A stretch of DNA of 64,000 nucleotides. Source: a virus. A program made the position numbers and the translations under genes. The stretch is taken from positions 58,546 to 122,545 of IMG/VR virus record IMGVR_UViG_3300024262_000017. One strand, written 5' to 3'. A model generated the notes under the pieces. It did no database searches, had not been told where the DNA came from, and saw nothing but the letters and a program-made list of their open reading frames with translations. Of the stretch, positions 30,086 to 40,028 are shown one piece after another. Each line of letters starts with the position of its first letter. Positions within the stretch are counted from its first letter, which is position 1.

Positions 30086-30255
30086 TTCTTCCTCGGGAGC
30101 TGAATGTTCACACGGCCGCGCAGTAACGATGAGGGTTTCGGTTGCTCGGTTGTGCGTGTACTTACTTGCAGCAGCACAAGGCCACTAGCAACGCCGTCCG
30201 CCATGTCAGACGCCTTTTTTGGTATAATCAGATTTACCACACCCATAAGAGCCAT
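30082..30255 (-). CDS. Small protein (57 aa), missing from ORF track
   Basis: MALMGVVNLI..., whose N-terminus resembles the next gene's MTLKGVVNLL. ATGA overlap, SD AGGAG. Confidence 0.55.
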   Translation of the reverse strand: MALMGVVNLIIPKKASDMADGVASGLVLLQVSTRTTEQPKPSSLLRGRVNIQLPRKK

Positions 30256-30264
30256 CGGATTCTC

Positions 30265-32052
30265 CTACGAGATTTCAGGGCCAAAAATCATGTTGTTTCC
30301 AAATAATCTGAACTCTTCGTAACCTGACCCCCAACGAGCTTTCACAGTATCTTCAGTAGCCATGCCGAACGGGTAGCCGGATTCATAGGGTATCCACCAA
30401 GCCATGTGAAACGTTCCTTTGACAGATAGCACAATCCCAAGCGCTTCTTGAACTTCTTGATTCGTTAATGACCACAGACCCAGAGTCGGTCGGTCATTCA
30501 CGTAACCATAAAAAGCGCTATCATTGCCTCCAGAAGCATAAATTCCATCTGGGCCTATTTCACCAGCACAAAGACCCCTACCACGCGAAGCCAAGTTAAC
30601 TGGGTCCGGCGTTGTTGGATCCCCACTAACGTGGACAGAGCGGCTCGTTTGACGATGAGTCGCATGCGCACTAATTGCATCTTTCTTCATCCAGAAATAA
30701 ACAGGAAGCCAGCAGTCGGTTGTTGCAAGGTTAGTGACGTAATGAATACTCTGGTAACCGGAAGCAAGACTTGCTGCTGGCCGTGGATCTTCACCGATTA
30801 CTGCCCCCGCTGAATACGTGTATTGTAAATTAGCACTCAGCATCAGCGTACCCGCGTCCCCCGTCCCAGGTGTAATGCTCTGTACCACAAATTCTTCAGA
30901 GGGTATTTCTTCGATATCTAGGTCATCTTCTCCTGCCGCGCTGCGGTCCTGATTTGTTGCCCAGTCTGCGTAGTTCTGCGAAAGAATCCTGAACTTTTCG
31001 GACTCAGTAAAGAGGTGCCTGTTTGCAACCATGATAGTATTTGTTCCTGCTGTTGTAGTTCCCACGGATATCGTTGTATCCCGCGAAGCAAAGGGGATGA
31101 GATTTCCCGTGTACATAACGTACATTGTGCCCCCGACTTTCGTAATGACCCAGAACGCATCTTTGGACCCGTAAAACCAGCAGGGGGTGTCAGTTCCTGC
31201 GTTTTCTACGTTCACGCGCGGAGTAAGGTAAGACGTTGTCCCTTCTCCAATACGCCGACTCATGGTAGGCAAAAATCCCATTGAGACAACGTCTACGTTG
31301 GCAACACCTGGTGTAGTCAAAAATGGTGCGTAGGTAAAATCTCCTCCAGCTGAAACATAGTCTAGTATGGGGCGCATCTTTCCAGCATGAGGACCGTCCA
31401 CAACCCTGAGCATCCCGTGCCAGTTGAACTGGTCAGTGCGGTACCCAGACAACCCAGGAACGTTGGTAACGCTATCTGTTCCGAGTGTGCCTGTACCACT
31501 GCTTGCAACAACAGCGTTTGACAAATCTTGGAATGCACATACGTCGATAACAGGTTTACCCTGCTTCAAACACAAAACTGGTGCCCCCTGTGTGTGCGTC
31601 GCAGGGGTAGTACCATACTTACCACGCGCGATAGTCAGAACGTTTCCTGCGACAACAGAGACATCCACGAGTTCATCGTCAATGCGCGCAACAAAGGCTG
31701 TCGGCACGCCAGAGTACTCCGTTCCGTCGTCTACCGTGGCAGACACGTCTCCAGTCCCAATACCACTCGAAAGGTACGAAACCGGGGGTAATACCCAATC
31801 CCGGTAATAGTCATAACTGTAGTCGCTAGGTTGCATAGCGCCTAAGTGAACACAGACATCTTGGTTTCCGTCTTCCCCGTCAGAGCGTAAAAAATGCCCA
31901 ATGATACTGTGGAAATCACCAGCACCCATCTCGTCATCTTGGCCGGCAGGGGTCTCGTCCGTCCACCCCACGTCTGTCACAAGGAAGTCGCGCAGTGCTT
32001 CATTGAGTGCAGACCAGTTGTTCACGGTTACTGCTTTGAATTTGTAAGCCAT
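30265..32052 (-). CDS. Virion structural protein
   Basis: RIDDELV...LTIARG.YGTTPATH..GA.V motif common in phage structural proteins. Confidence 0.7.
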   Translation of the reverse strand: MAYKFKAVTVNNWSALNEALRDFLVTDVGWTDETPAGQDDEMGAGDFHSIIGHFLRSDGEDGNQDVCVHLGAMQPSDYSYDYYRDWVLPPVSYLSSGIGTGDVSATVDDGTEYSGVPTAFVARIDDELVDVSVVAGNVLTIARGKYGTTPATHTQGAPVLCLKQGKPVIDVCAFQDLSNAVVASSGTGTLGTDSVTNVPGLSGYRTDQFNWHGMLRVVDGPHAGKMRPILDYVSAGGDFTYAPFLTTPGVANVDVVSMGFLPTMSRRIGEGTTSYLTPRVNVENAGTDTPCWFYGSKDAFWVITKVGGTMYVMYTGNLIPFASRDTTISVGTTTAGTNTIMVANRHLFTESEKFRILSQNYADWATNQDRSAAGEDDLDIEEIPSEEFVVQSITPGTGDAGTLMLSANLQYTYSAGAVIGEDPRPAASLASGYQSIHYVTNLATTDCWLPVYFWMKKDAISAHATHRQTSRSVHVSGDPTTPDPVNLASRGRGLCAGEIGPDGIYASGGNDSAFYGYVNDRPTLGLWSLTNQEVQEALGIVLSVKGTFHMAWWIPYESGYPFGMATEDTVKARWGSGYEEFRLFGNNMIFGPEIS

Positions 32053-32061
32053 GTCTTTCTC

Positions 32062-33045
32062 CTAGTAGTCCTGGTCTTGAATGCTTTGTTGGCCACCCAA
32101 GTCAGCATCAATTTTGTCTAATTCATCATCGGCAGATGTCCTGCCTGCTCCGTGTACGTCGCTTGAGTCACTCATATCTACTATGTTATAAACTTCTGTG
32201 GTTTTGTCTTTTTTTCGCTCAACGGTCTGAGTTGAAGGCATCCCTGTAGTACGGATGGTCTTTGGTGGTACTTCAAATTGACGCGTGGCAAACTCTCCTG
32301 GTTTTATGTATGAAGGAAAGTCTTTAAGCTGTGTTGACTTGCTATCTAATATCCGTTCTATGTCAATCCGTTGCACCAACAAAGAAAAATTGAAAGAAGC
32401 AGCCATCTGATAAAATGGCCCATCAGCTGAAAAATTTTGGGACATATTCATGATAGTCCCCGTGACTGCCATATTATCGTACGCCAGAGTTACAACGGCA
32501 CGACGTCGAGCCAATTCTGTTCCTCGGATAATGTCGTTGTAAATAACAGTAAACGCTGAACGCCAATCATCCTGTTTGGAATTTAGCAACACCCCTGAAT
32601 ATTGAAAAACCGATGGCGCCGCACCAAAGTAGTAGGACACATAGTTGTCACTAAGCACATCAACGATTTGAACCTTTTCCTGATATGACTCAACTGCTGA
32701 GGTCAACAAGAAATCAATGTACCCAAGACCGTAACGTTTATGCTCTGTAACAGCCTCTCCCCCTACTGTTGCCAGCACGTTGGCCAGCTTCTGTGCTTCC
32801 GAGGCGCCAGGCTTTCCAAATGAAGCGATGAATGCGTTGCGAGCTGCAACCCCAGACATGGGGACGAGAAGCCGTGCCATTGTTTCTAGGCTACGGTCAT
32901 CATTGGTGGGCGTGTATTTAGGTGTCATTGCAGGGTAGTCTGCAAAGACACCCTTTCTATACTCACCAGCCATGGGAGCTACAGAAAAATCGCCTCCGAT
33001 GAGATTGTCAAAATCATTTCCATCACCATCAGATCCGTAGGCCAT
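32062..33045 (-). CDS. Putative tail-tube initiator/baseplate protein
   Basis: DFLL....ESYQEKVQIV...YFG....QYSG.LLNS. Lies downstream of the tape measure gene. Confidence 0.6.
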   Translation of the reverse strand: MAYGSDGDGNDFDNLIGGDFSVAPMAGEYRKGVFADYPAMTPKYTPTNDDRSLETMARLLVPMSGVAARNAFIASFGKPGASEAQKLANVLATVGGEAVTEHKRYGLGYIDFLLTSAVESYQEKVQIVDVLSDNYVSYYFGAAPSVFQYSGVLLNSKQDDWRSAFTVIYNDIIRGTELARRRAVVTLAYDNMAVTGTIMNMSQNFSADGPFYQMAASFNFSLLVQRIDIERILDSKSTQLKDFPSYIKPGEFATRQFEVPPKTIRTTGMPSTQTVERKKDKTTEVYNIVDMSDSSDVHGAGRTSADDELDKIDADLGGQQSIQDQDY

Positions 33046-33258
33046 CTACTCCTCCGACAGCGTATCATAGACAGGCAACACGCCTGCTTCATGATGAATG
33101 AGGAAAGCACGGTCAAATATACCTGGCATTCCAATTTCTGCAATCTTACCCTTGCGAGCATTGTCTACAATGGTGGCGTTCACCTGCACAACTACATTGA
33201 TAGCATTCGCTAATACCAATCTACGTTTGTACGGGAATGTACCGTCAGCGTCAGCCAT
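33046..33258 (-). CDS. Hypothetical protein
   Basis: 70-aa ORF with SD, tightly packed in the tail operon. Confidence 0.6.
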   Translation of the reverse strand: MADADGTFPYKRRLVLANAINVVVQVNATIVDNARKGKIAEIGMPGIFDRAFLIHHEAGVLPVYDTLSEE

Positions 33259-33271
33259 GAACTACCCTTCC

Positions 33272-36200
33272 TTAATTCGATTTGTTCTCTTTATTAAATT
33301 CCGCTACAACCTCTGCTACTTTTCTACCAGTCATCATAGCTGCAGCTTTGAGTTGAGCATCAGCAGCAATCTGTAAAGTCTTGGCTGATTTTCCAAAACC
33401 GGCGAACTGTTTTTTCATCTCTGATAGGTTGGCGATTTGACCTTCAATGACTTTCATCTCTCCAGCTTTTGAAGTACCAACGCCAGACTCAGTTGGCAGC
33501 TCTATTTTCCCATCTTTTATTGTCCCTCCTAAAGCCTCTACTTCACTTGCTGCCATGCTTGCCTTGCCTGGCAACGCATAACGACCTTTTCCGGTTGTAT
33601 ACCCCTTCTCCAACTCTTGCTGTAAATTAGCCAAGCCCCCTGTATACTTTTGTTCAATCTTGGCAAGCTTACCTACGGTCTTAACTGCAATATCGCCACC
33701 CTTTTCTTGTAAAGCTTCCATCTTCTTTTTTGCTTTCTCATAAGTTTTGTCATCACTAAGAGAAAGCTTGTCTAATTTTTCTGAGGCTTCCTTTTTCATA
33801 GCATCAGTAATGCCATCATCTTTTCCACCAGCCAGAACACCCATCAACACCATTGCTTCTCGCTCAACAGCATTTTCAGCACCTTGTACTGCTTCCAAGC
33901 CCGTTTGCTCTTCTGTACCTATGGCATCAGTCCAAAATTTATCTGTTGTAACCCCCGCTTTTTCTAACTCGTCTTCATACTCAGTTTGGAATGTATCAAA
34001 ACGTTCTTGCATATCCTTTGTAGCGCCATCAAAAAACTTATCAGCCACTGCAGTGGTTTCACTAATTGCAGCTTTTGCTTCTTTGGTACCAAATTCTTTT
34101 GCCATTCCAATCGTCATTTTTTTCCAATGATCCATGTTCTTATCAGCTAGAATTTTATTAATTTCCTTTTCTGGAAGTCCTTGTGCTTTCAAAGTAGCGC
34201 GTAGATGTTTTCGAATTGCTTCTGACTTTAGTACTTTTCCTTCCTGTCCAGTTCCAACACGCTCAGCATAGGCCAGCATAGTTTTCTTCATTGCGAATAT
34301 TGCACCAGATTTTGCACCTGCTTCAGTCAAAAGTTTTTCGTCTCGTCGCATGGCCTTTGTTAAGTCTGTAAACCCTGCATTTTGAGTTTCTTCTATGGCC
34401 TGGGCCATTTCCAAAGTTTCGTCTATCGTCCGACGAGTTCCTCCAGTTGGTCCGACAGTGCGTTCATTGATAGGGTTGTCTGTAAGATACGACATTGCTG
34501 ACGCCCCAGCACGGGCTACGCTAAATGCTGTACTCTGAGCAAACCTTGTAATGTTCGTTCCTTTACCTTCAGCATCTAAAGCCTGCTCAATCTGCTCTAT
34601 CGATGCTCCCGCTGTAATACCTTTTAGAATGTCGCTCTTATACCCACGCTCTTGCATGCGGCGTAAGCGTTCAAACTTACCTACACCCGACCCCACGCTA
34701 AGATCCAACCCTTCTTCTTTCTTTAATCGAGCCGTCCCTTCTTCTATAATGCTAGTGTTCCCTTGAAGTGCACGCCCCAAGTGAACACGACTGATACCAC
34801 GTGCAGCATCTTCTTGTTCAGCCATAGATCGAGCAGTCTCTTCTGCTTCTTTAGCATTTGCAGCTGCTCGTGAATCTCCAGCTGAAATAAAATGACCAAA
34901 GGTGCTTAAACCTTCTCCGATACTACGAACACCACGTCTAACAGCAGCGTCTTTACCCATCCCAAAAAAACCACGCATTTTTTCACGTTCTGCACTCTCA
35001 CTAAGACGTTCCTGTTTGGCTTCTACTCGCATATCAGCAAGACGTTGTCCAAGCCGGTCACGTTCACGTTCGTAGAACTCAGGGCTCGTCATCATTCCTG
35101 TAAGCAACTTGGCTTGCTGAGGATCTTTGTTTGCAACGAGCTGAGCTGCAGTGTGCAGACCCATGCCCATGCCACCTTCGGAACTTGGTCGAGACAAGGC
35201 CGAAATGGTTTGCATCTGCAACATGCGCATACCCTCAGGCCCTAATCTCTGAGCCATCTCAGACTGGAGCTCTGGTTGCATTGCCTGCAATTCACCCATC
35301 ACGTCCTGCACTGACCGACCTTGTTGCTGTGCCATCTGGCGTGCGACCTTCATCAGGTTCCCCTGAGACTGGCCTATCATTCCAGGTAGTGACATGCCTC
35401 CTTTGAACATTTGAGACATCTTGCCGGCGTCCAAACCAATCCCACCTTCGCCTGCCGACATCGCAGCGCCCATCATCAAATTCATTGGGCCAGCAGCAAA
35501 GTTCGCCTGTTGCATGGCCCATCGCTGGGAAATGCCTTCTCGACCACCAAGCAGCGATTCTTGTATGGGTGAAAATGCACCACTCAGCTGACGAGCCTGC
35601 ATTTGCGCCTGGGCACCATAGACCATGCCTACCCCGCCTGCCATGCCTGCTTGGCTAAACGCTTGCTGGCCCATTACTCCACCAGTAGCCATCATTTCTT
35701 CGCGTGTGACTCCAGCACCGCGGGCATATCGCTGCATGTCCCGGGTAGCATTGACAGCCTGGTCCATGGTGAGGCCCATCTGCTTCATGTTGGCAATTTC
35801 ACGCAAATTATTTTTGAAATCGGGGTCCCCTGTAATTTTGCCCATGGTGCCCAGCACCTTGAACAACTTCGATACCGTACTCCCAATCTGGTCAATATTC
35901 GTAGCTGCATCCAGCAAACCACTTTCCCCTGCCATCTGGGTCAGCTTGGTCAAGTCCTGGGTGTAACGCTGCATACCTGCATCAGTATCACCCCCACCAA
36001 CCTGCTTGGCTAAGGTGGGGTTCTGCTGCGCCCACGATGTTGCTTGGCGCCGATACTGCTGACCGAGTTGAAGCGCACCTGAAGCGCTCATACCCGTTCC
36101 ACCCAATCCAGACGAAGACCCTGTAAGGTTCATCATGCCCGCAGTTCCATGCTGCAACTGTGCCATGGTCGAAACGTCTTGTGCCGCTGAACCGTACAAC

Positions 36201-36769
36201 TGTCGATTAAATGCTTCTACACCAGGAATCTTAGCTACTTGCTGACCCAGCCAGTCCCCACCCAGTGACAAACCAAGCCCTGCAGCCTGCATCCCAGGAA
36301 CAAACCCCATGATATTCCCAGCAGTCTCAAAGGCTGACCCAACACCCTGACCAAATTGCTGAGCTTTTCTTTGCCCCATAGCTTGCAGAGCATTACGTGG
36401 GTCAAGGTAAGCCTGAGACGCTCCCAAGCCGGCACCCATCGAGACTGCCGCTGGGTTGGAATACTGAGCTGCATGAGCAGCCATGATTTGAGTCATAGGA
36501 GACGGAGGAGGTGGTGGCGGTGCTACCGAGTATCCCTGTGGTGTTGATCCCATGGCTAGTGCCATGTTGTGAGCATTCATCTGAGAAAGAGACATCATTG
36601 GGGGAGCGAGTGTTGGTGTCGCTTGGCGAATAAGTTCAGCTTGCGAAGGTGTTTGCAATGACCCCATCGTCGGCCCCCACCCAGGAGTTGAGTAGGTAGC
36701 TACCGGAGGTATAGGTGTTTGTGCGTAAGCACCTTGAGCTTCAATTATCTCGTCAAGCGTTCTTGGCAT
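33272..36769 (-). CDS. Tape measure protein
   Basis: 1165 aa, Ala/Gly/Met/Gln-rich helical protein directly downstream of the frameshifted chaperone pair. Confidence 0.8.
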   Translation of the reverse strand: MPRTLDEIIEAQGAYAQTPIPPVATYSTPGWGPTMGSLQTPSQAELIRQATPTLAPPMMSLSQMNAHNMALAMGSTPQGYSVAPPPPPPSPMTQIMAAHAAQYSNPAAVSMGAGLGASQAYLDPRNALQAMGQRKAQQFGQGVGSAFETAGNIMGFVPGMQAAGLGLSLGGDWLGQQVAKIPGVEAFNRQLYGSAAQDVSTMAQLQHGTAGMMNLTGSSSGLGGTGMSASGALQLGQQYRRQATSWAQQNPTLAKQVGGGDTDAGMQRYTQDLTKLTQMAGESGLLDAATNIDQIGSTVSKLFKVLGTMGKITGDPDFKNNLREIANMKQMGLTMDQAVNATRDMQRYARGAGVTREEMMATGGVMGQQAFSQAGMAGGVGMVYGAQAQMQARQLSGAFSPIQESLLGGREGISQRWAMQQANFAAGPMNLMMGAAMSAGEGGIGLDAGKMSQMFKGGMSLPGMIGQSQGNLMKVARQMAQQQGRSVQDVMGELQAMQPELQSEMAQRLGPEGMRMLQMQTISALSRPSSEGGMGMGLHTAAQLVANKDPQQAKLLTGMMTSPEFYERERDRLGQRLADMRVEAKQERLSESAEREKMRGFFGMGKDAAVRRGVRSIGEGLSTFGHFISAGDSRAAANAKEAEETARSMAEQEDAARGISRVHLGRALQGNTSIIEEGTARLKKEEGLDLSVGSGVGKFERLRRMQERGYKSDILKGITAGASIEQIEQALDAEGKGTNITRFAQSTAFSVARAGASAMSYLTDNPINERTVGPTGGTRRTIDETLEMAQAIEETQNAGFTDLTKAMRRDEKLLTEAGAKSGAIFAMKKTMLAYAERVGTGQEGKVLKSEAIRKHLRATLKAQGLPEKEINKILADKNMDHWKKMTIGMAKEFGTKEAKAAISETTAVADKFFDGATKDMQERFDTFQTEYEDELEKAGVTTDKFWTDAIGTEEQTGLEAVQGAENAVEREAMVLMGVLAGGKDDGITDAMKKEASEKLDKLSLSDDKTYEKAKKKMEALQEKGGDIAVKTVGKLAKIEQKYTGGLANLQQELEKGYTTGKGRYALPGKASMAASEVEALGGTIKDGKIELPTESGVGTSKAGEMKVIEGQIANLSEMKKQFAGFGKSAKTLQIAADAQLKAAAMMTGRKVAEVVAEFNKENKSN

Positions 36770-36770
36770 T

Positions 36771-37121
36771 TCACACCGTCATGGCATCAAGCTTCTTGAG
36801 CCGACTTTGGTTGGCACGTAATTCTCGCAATTCCTGAGTCAATCTATCTGCCAACTTTCTAACACTGAATCCTTGGTGGAACAGTCTACCACGGAACTCC
36901 TTAGTAAGCTCACCCACAGCTTTGTGTACCTCTTCTATCTTTGCACCTGAGAACAATCCCTGGGCCATCAACATGGTTTCCAGCTCAGATATTTTGGTCC
37001 ATCTTTCTCGTTGCACCATCTCCACCAATACTCGGTCTGTGAATGAACCCCGCTGAGGCAGCTCGATTCCCCGAAGACGCAGGGTCGCCCGAGCATTTCC
37101 CCACGGGGAAATTAAAAATTT
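36771..37121 (-). CDS. Tail assembly chaperone, -1 frameshift extension (gpGT-like C-terminus)
   Basis: The -1 frame is open from the slippery site (LISPWGNARATLRLRG...LVEMVQRE) to the stop at 36771. Confidence 0.78.
   Translation of the reverse strand, partial: KFLISPWGNARATLRLRGIELPQRGSFTDRVLVEMVQRERWTKISELETMLMAQGLFSGAKIEEVHKAVGELTKEFRGRLFHQGFSVRKLADRLTQELRELRANQSRLKKLDAMTV
37095..37121 (-). other. Programmed -1 ribosomal frameshift site
   Basis: A AAT TTT heptamer (37121-37115) immediately before TAA, followed by hairpin ATTTCCCC-GT-GGGGAAAT. Confidence 0.8.
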
Positions 37122-37768
37122 TCGATGGCACCCTCATCCATCACATCCAACATCATTTGATCAAAGCGAGACAGCTTCACACAGAGAAGACGAAAAACAA
37201 TGTCAGGCAAAAGGCAGACATAGTCGTAACGTTCTTTGAAAGTGTCCTTTGCGAAATCCCTTTCTTTGAATACTCGCAGTGAAGCAGCCAGGTTATACTT
37301 GGAAACCAGGTTGCTAACGAAGGCAGGAAATTGAGGACTCTCAGCTTCAATCCTGACGAGCAGTCGGTCTTGGTCTTCAGCTATCCGAGTCCGAAGTGTC
37401 ACGTTGATGTTCCCAGAAATCTTATACTCTTTTTCATAGAACCCCTTGGTGAATACCGAATCCAAGATTTCCAGGGCCTGTTCTTTACTCAGCCCATACA
37501 GCTCAAGCTTTTGGTCATAGGTCAGTTCTGGCGCTGCAGCCAATTCATCCAAAGCACCAACGAGTGCAGTTTCTCGACTTATTGGAGCTGCTGTGGCCTT
37601 CTCAGCTTTCACTTCAGGAACTTTCGTCACCGATGAATCAGCCAGCAAAGATGCAACATCCTTACCAGCAATGAAATCCTTGATGGCTTTCCCACCCAGA
37701 GCAGGACTCTCAGGCGTGACATCCTTTTTCGGTTCCTTCGGTCTTTCAAAGTTTCCAATGTCGGTCAT
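37112..37768 (-). CDS. Tail assembly chaperone (gpG-like)
   Basis: Ends ...GAIENF* at the slippery site, upstream of the tape measure gene. SD AAGGAG. Confidence 0.78.
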   Translation of the reverse strand: MTDIGNFERPKEPKKDVTPESPALGGKAIKDFIAGKDVASLLADSSVTKVPEVKAEKATAAPISRETALVGALDELAAAPELTYDQKLELYGLSKEQALEILDSVFTKGFYEKEYKISGNINVTLRTRIAEDQDRLLVRIEAESPQFPAFVSNLVSKYNLAASLRVFKERDFAKDTFKERYDYVCLLPDIVFRLLCVKLSRFDQMMLDVMDEGAIENF

Positions 37769-37949
37769 GGTCAATCTCCTTTTACTCGTTTGGTCATGGT
37801 TTTAGCCTACGCATTTCTTCTTCATGAATAGTAGGTTATCTTGGAGATGAATCAAACGAATTTCTCGGTAACTTGTGGTACAAGTAATTGCGGAGTATTT
37901 ACCCTGTAAATACTTGACACAAAAACACAATCATGAAAGGTTTTCGCAC

Positions 37950-38627
37950 ATGGCAAATCTTTTCGAAGCTGCAGTAGAGCGGGTCACGGTGCACATCCCA
38001 AAATTTGAAGTTCGGTACAAAAACGAAAGCTGGTCTTCAAAGGTGATAGCCGTACTCGTGTGGTTGTTCAACCGAAACTACATGAGGACCTACACCACCA
38101 CACGTTATCCCCGAGTGTACTTCCCCACCCGAGAATTTGTAACCAACGACCCAAAACGCGCTGTCAAAATTTTAGCACACGAGTTTGTGCATCTCTGGGA
38201 CAGGAAAACCAAGGGTGTTTGGTTCACTATCTCCTACGCACTCCCACAGTTGTTTTTGTTTTTAGCCATACTCATTGCCATAGTTACTTCCTTTTTCCTA
38301 CCTTGGTGGGTTACAGTAGCTTGCTCAGTTCTTTGTGTCCTCTGTGTGCTACCGCTGCCAGCCTACTGGCGTATGGAATGGGAGCTACGCGGGTACACAA
38401 TGAACCTGGCTGTCAATTTTTGGCGATACGGAAGCATTAACCCCTCCACAGTTGAATGGATAGCCAAACAGTTCACTGGTTGGGGTTACTACAAGATGTG
38501 GCCATTCAAAGCAGATATGCTACGGCGCTTAGAAAATGCTACAGATGAAATCAAGGCTGGTCACTTAGGCTGGCCCTTTCCGGAAATCAAACAGTTTGTT
38601 CGAGAACACGAAGCTGAATTCAAGTGA
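37950..38627 (+). CDS. HExxH metallopeptidase-like membrane protein
   Basis: ILAHEFVH, downstream E (WELRGY), two hydrophobic helices. Confidence 0.7.
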   Translation: MANLFEAAVERVTVHIPKFEVRYKNESWSSKVIAVLVWLFNRNYMRTYTTTRYPRVYFPTREFVTNDPKRAVKILAHEFVHLWDRKTKGVWFTISYALPQLFLFLAILIAIVTSFFLPWWVTVACSVLCVLCVLPLPAYWRMEWELRGYTMNLAVNFWRYGSINPSTVEWIAKQFTGWGYYKMWPFKADMLRRLENATDEIKAGHLGWPFPEIKQFVREHEAEFK

Positions 38628-38646
38628 CCAACCATAGGAGAAAAAC

Positions 38647-38898
38647 ATGACCTCACAAAAAAAAGCTCGATCGTTGTACAAAATCACCATTATCTGTCGG
38701 CATGCCGGTATGGACAAGTTGACTACTGCTGAAAACGTGGGGACATCTTTCAAATGCCCCCTTTGCAATGAGACCGTAATTTACCTTCCGAAGGAACAAC
38801 GAATCGGTGCTCATGGCCAGCCCAATCCGGGGAACGACAAGAAAGCTGCTGTGAAACCCAAACACGAGCTACGCAAAGTATCCGAGCTCTCTTCGTAA
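38647..38898 (+). CDS. Small zinc-ribbon protein
   Basis: CRH...CPLC, SD AGGAG. Confidence 0.6.
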   Translation: MTSQKKARSLYKITIICRHAGMDKLTTAENVGTSFKCPLCNETVIYLPKEQRIGAHGQPNPGNDKKAAVKPKHELRKVSELSS

Positions 38899-38916
38899 AA
38901 CAGACAAGTCAGCACA

Positions 38917-39414
38917 ATGATACTCCATACATTTTTTCCAGAAACAGTGAAGTTCTGGAACGAGCGTGGCTTTACGGAAACCAAGAGATACACTCTCCAA
39001 GACTTCACTGCTTGGGAATTTGACCTTCCCGATGACCATCCAGATTTGAAGTCACCTGAATACATCGGACTTCAAGTCAAGGAAATCGTAACGGTGTTAC
39101 CCGAAGTGGTACTCCGTCGGCTCAAGCCGCCTATCTACACTTTGAAGATAGGTAAGTTTTTCGCTGACATCAGTGATACAAAAAAGCGAGGGGTTCCTTT
39201 GACGCACAACCGTTCAATTTTAGAACAGATGTGCATGATGAAAGGAAAGCCTGACGCTCCCAAAATTGTGAAACTCAACACCCAAGCTCGCATTCATGAC
39301 GTGATGATTAAAGCTCAACGCCAAGGTACAGACACAATCCTCTTCTTTGCACTACCTCACGTCTGTGAAAAAATTCCGATTGAATCAGCTCTTCGCGTTC
39401 TCAAACACCTCTAA
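38917..39414 (+). CDS. Hypothetical protein
   Basis: 165-aa ORF in the plus-strand operon. Confidence 0.65.
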   Translation: MILHTFFPETVKFWNERGFTETKRYTLQDFTAWEFDLPDDHPDLKSPEYIGLQVKEIVTVLPEVVLRRLKPPIYTLKIGKFFADISDTKKRGVPLTHNRSILEQMCMMKGKPDAPKIVKLNTQARIHDVMIKAQRQGTDTILFFALPHVCEKIPIESALRVLKHL

Positions 39415-39425
39415 CCGGAGGTCAC

Positions 39426-40028
39426 ATGGGTAAGCTGGATGAGCTTCACCAGCAGATTGCGCTGTGTGAACGCTGTAACTTATGCCGACAAGGTCGGTTG
39501 CAATCAATCCCTGGTGAAGGTGATGAATCCTCTGTGGTTGCTTTTTTTGGAGAAAGCCCTGGTACATACGAGGATGAACAGGGACGCCCATTCGTTAGTC
39601 AACCAGGTCAATTCTTACGGTCTAATTTACGGGCAAACAACATATCCTGCAGCGACATTTACCTTTCCAATGTCGTGCGCTGCAGAACACCTGAAGACCG
39701 AGAAACACTACCAGAGGAAGCAGAAGCTTGCTGGCCCTGGACTTTGGAAACCCTCAAAATCATTCAACCGCGCATCATCGTCACCTTGGGAAAACCAGCA
39801 CTCATGGTGATGGCACACAAGCTGGGCTTCTCAAAGAAAGTAGGTCAGCTAACAATCAAAAAGTTAGCAGGCAAGCCCATTTTCGTGGAAGAACGAAATT
39901 TGTATTGCTTCCCGATGATGGACCCAGCGTATGCACAACGCCGCCAAGATTCACGTGAAGACTTCACGGCACACATGCGTTATCTCAAGCTTGCTATTCC
40001 TGGCTGGTTAGAAAGACCATCAACATGA
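39426..40028 (+). CDS. udg: Uracil-DNA glycosylase family 4
   Basis: CERCNLC Fe-S ligands, GESPG..ED..GRPFV, YLSNVVRCR, IVTLG. Confidence 0.88.
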   Translation: MGKLDELHQQIALCERCNLCRQGRLQSIPGEGDESSVVAFFGESPGTYEDEQGRPFVSQPGQFLRSNLRANNISCSDIYLSNVVRCRTPEDRETLPEEAEACWPWTLETLKIIQPRIIVTLGKPALMVMAHKLGFSKKVGQLTIKKLAGKPIFVEERNLYCFPMMDPAYAQRRQDSREDFTAHMRYLKLAIPGWLERPST

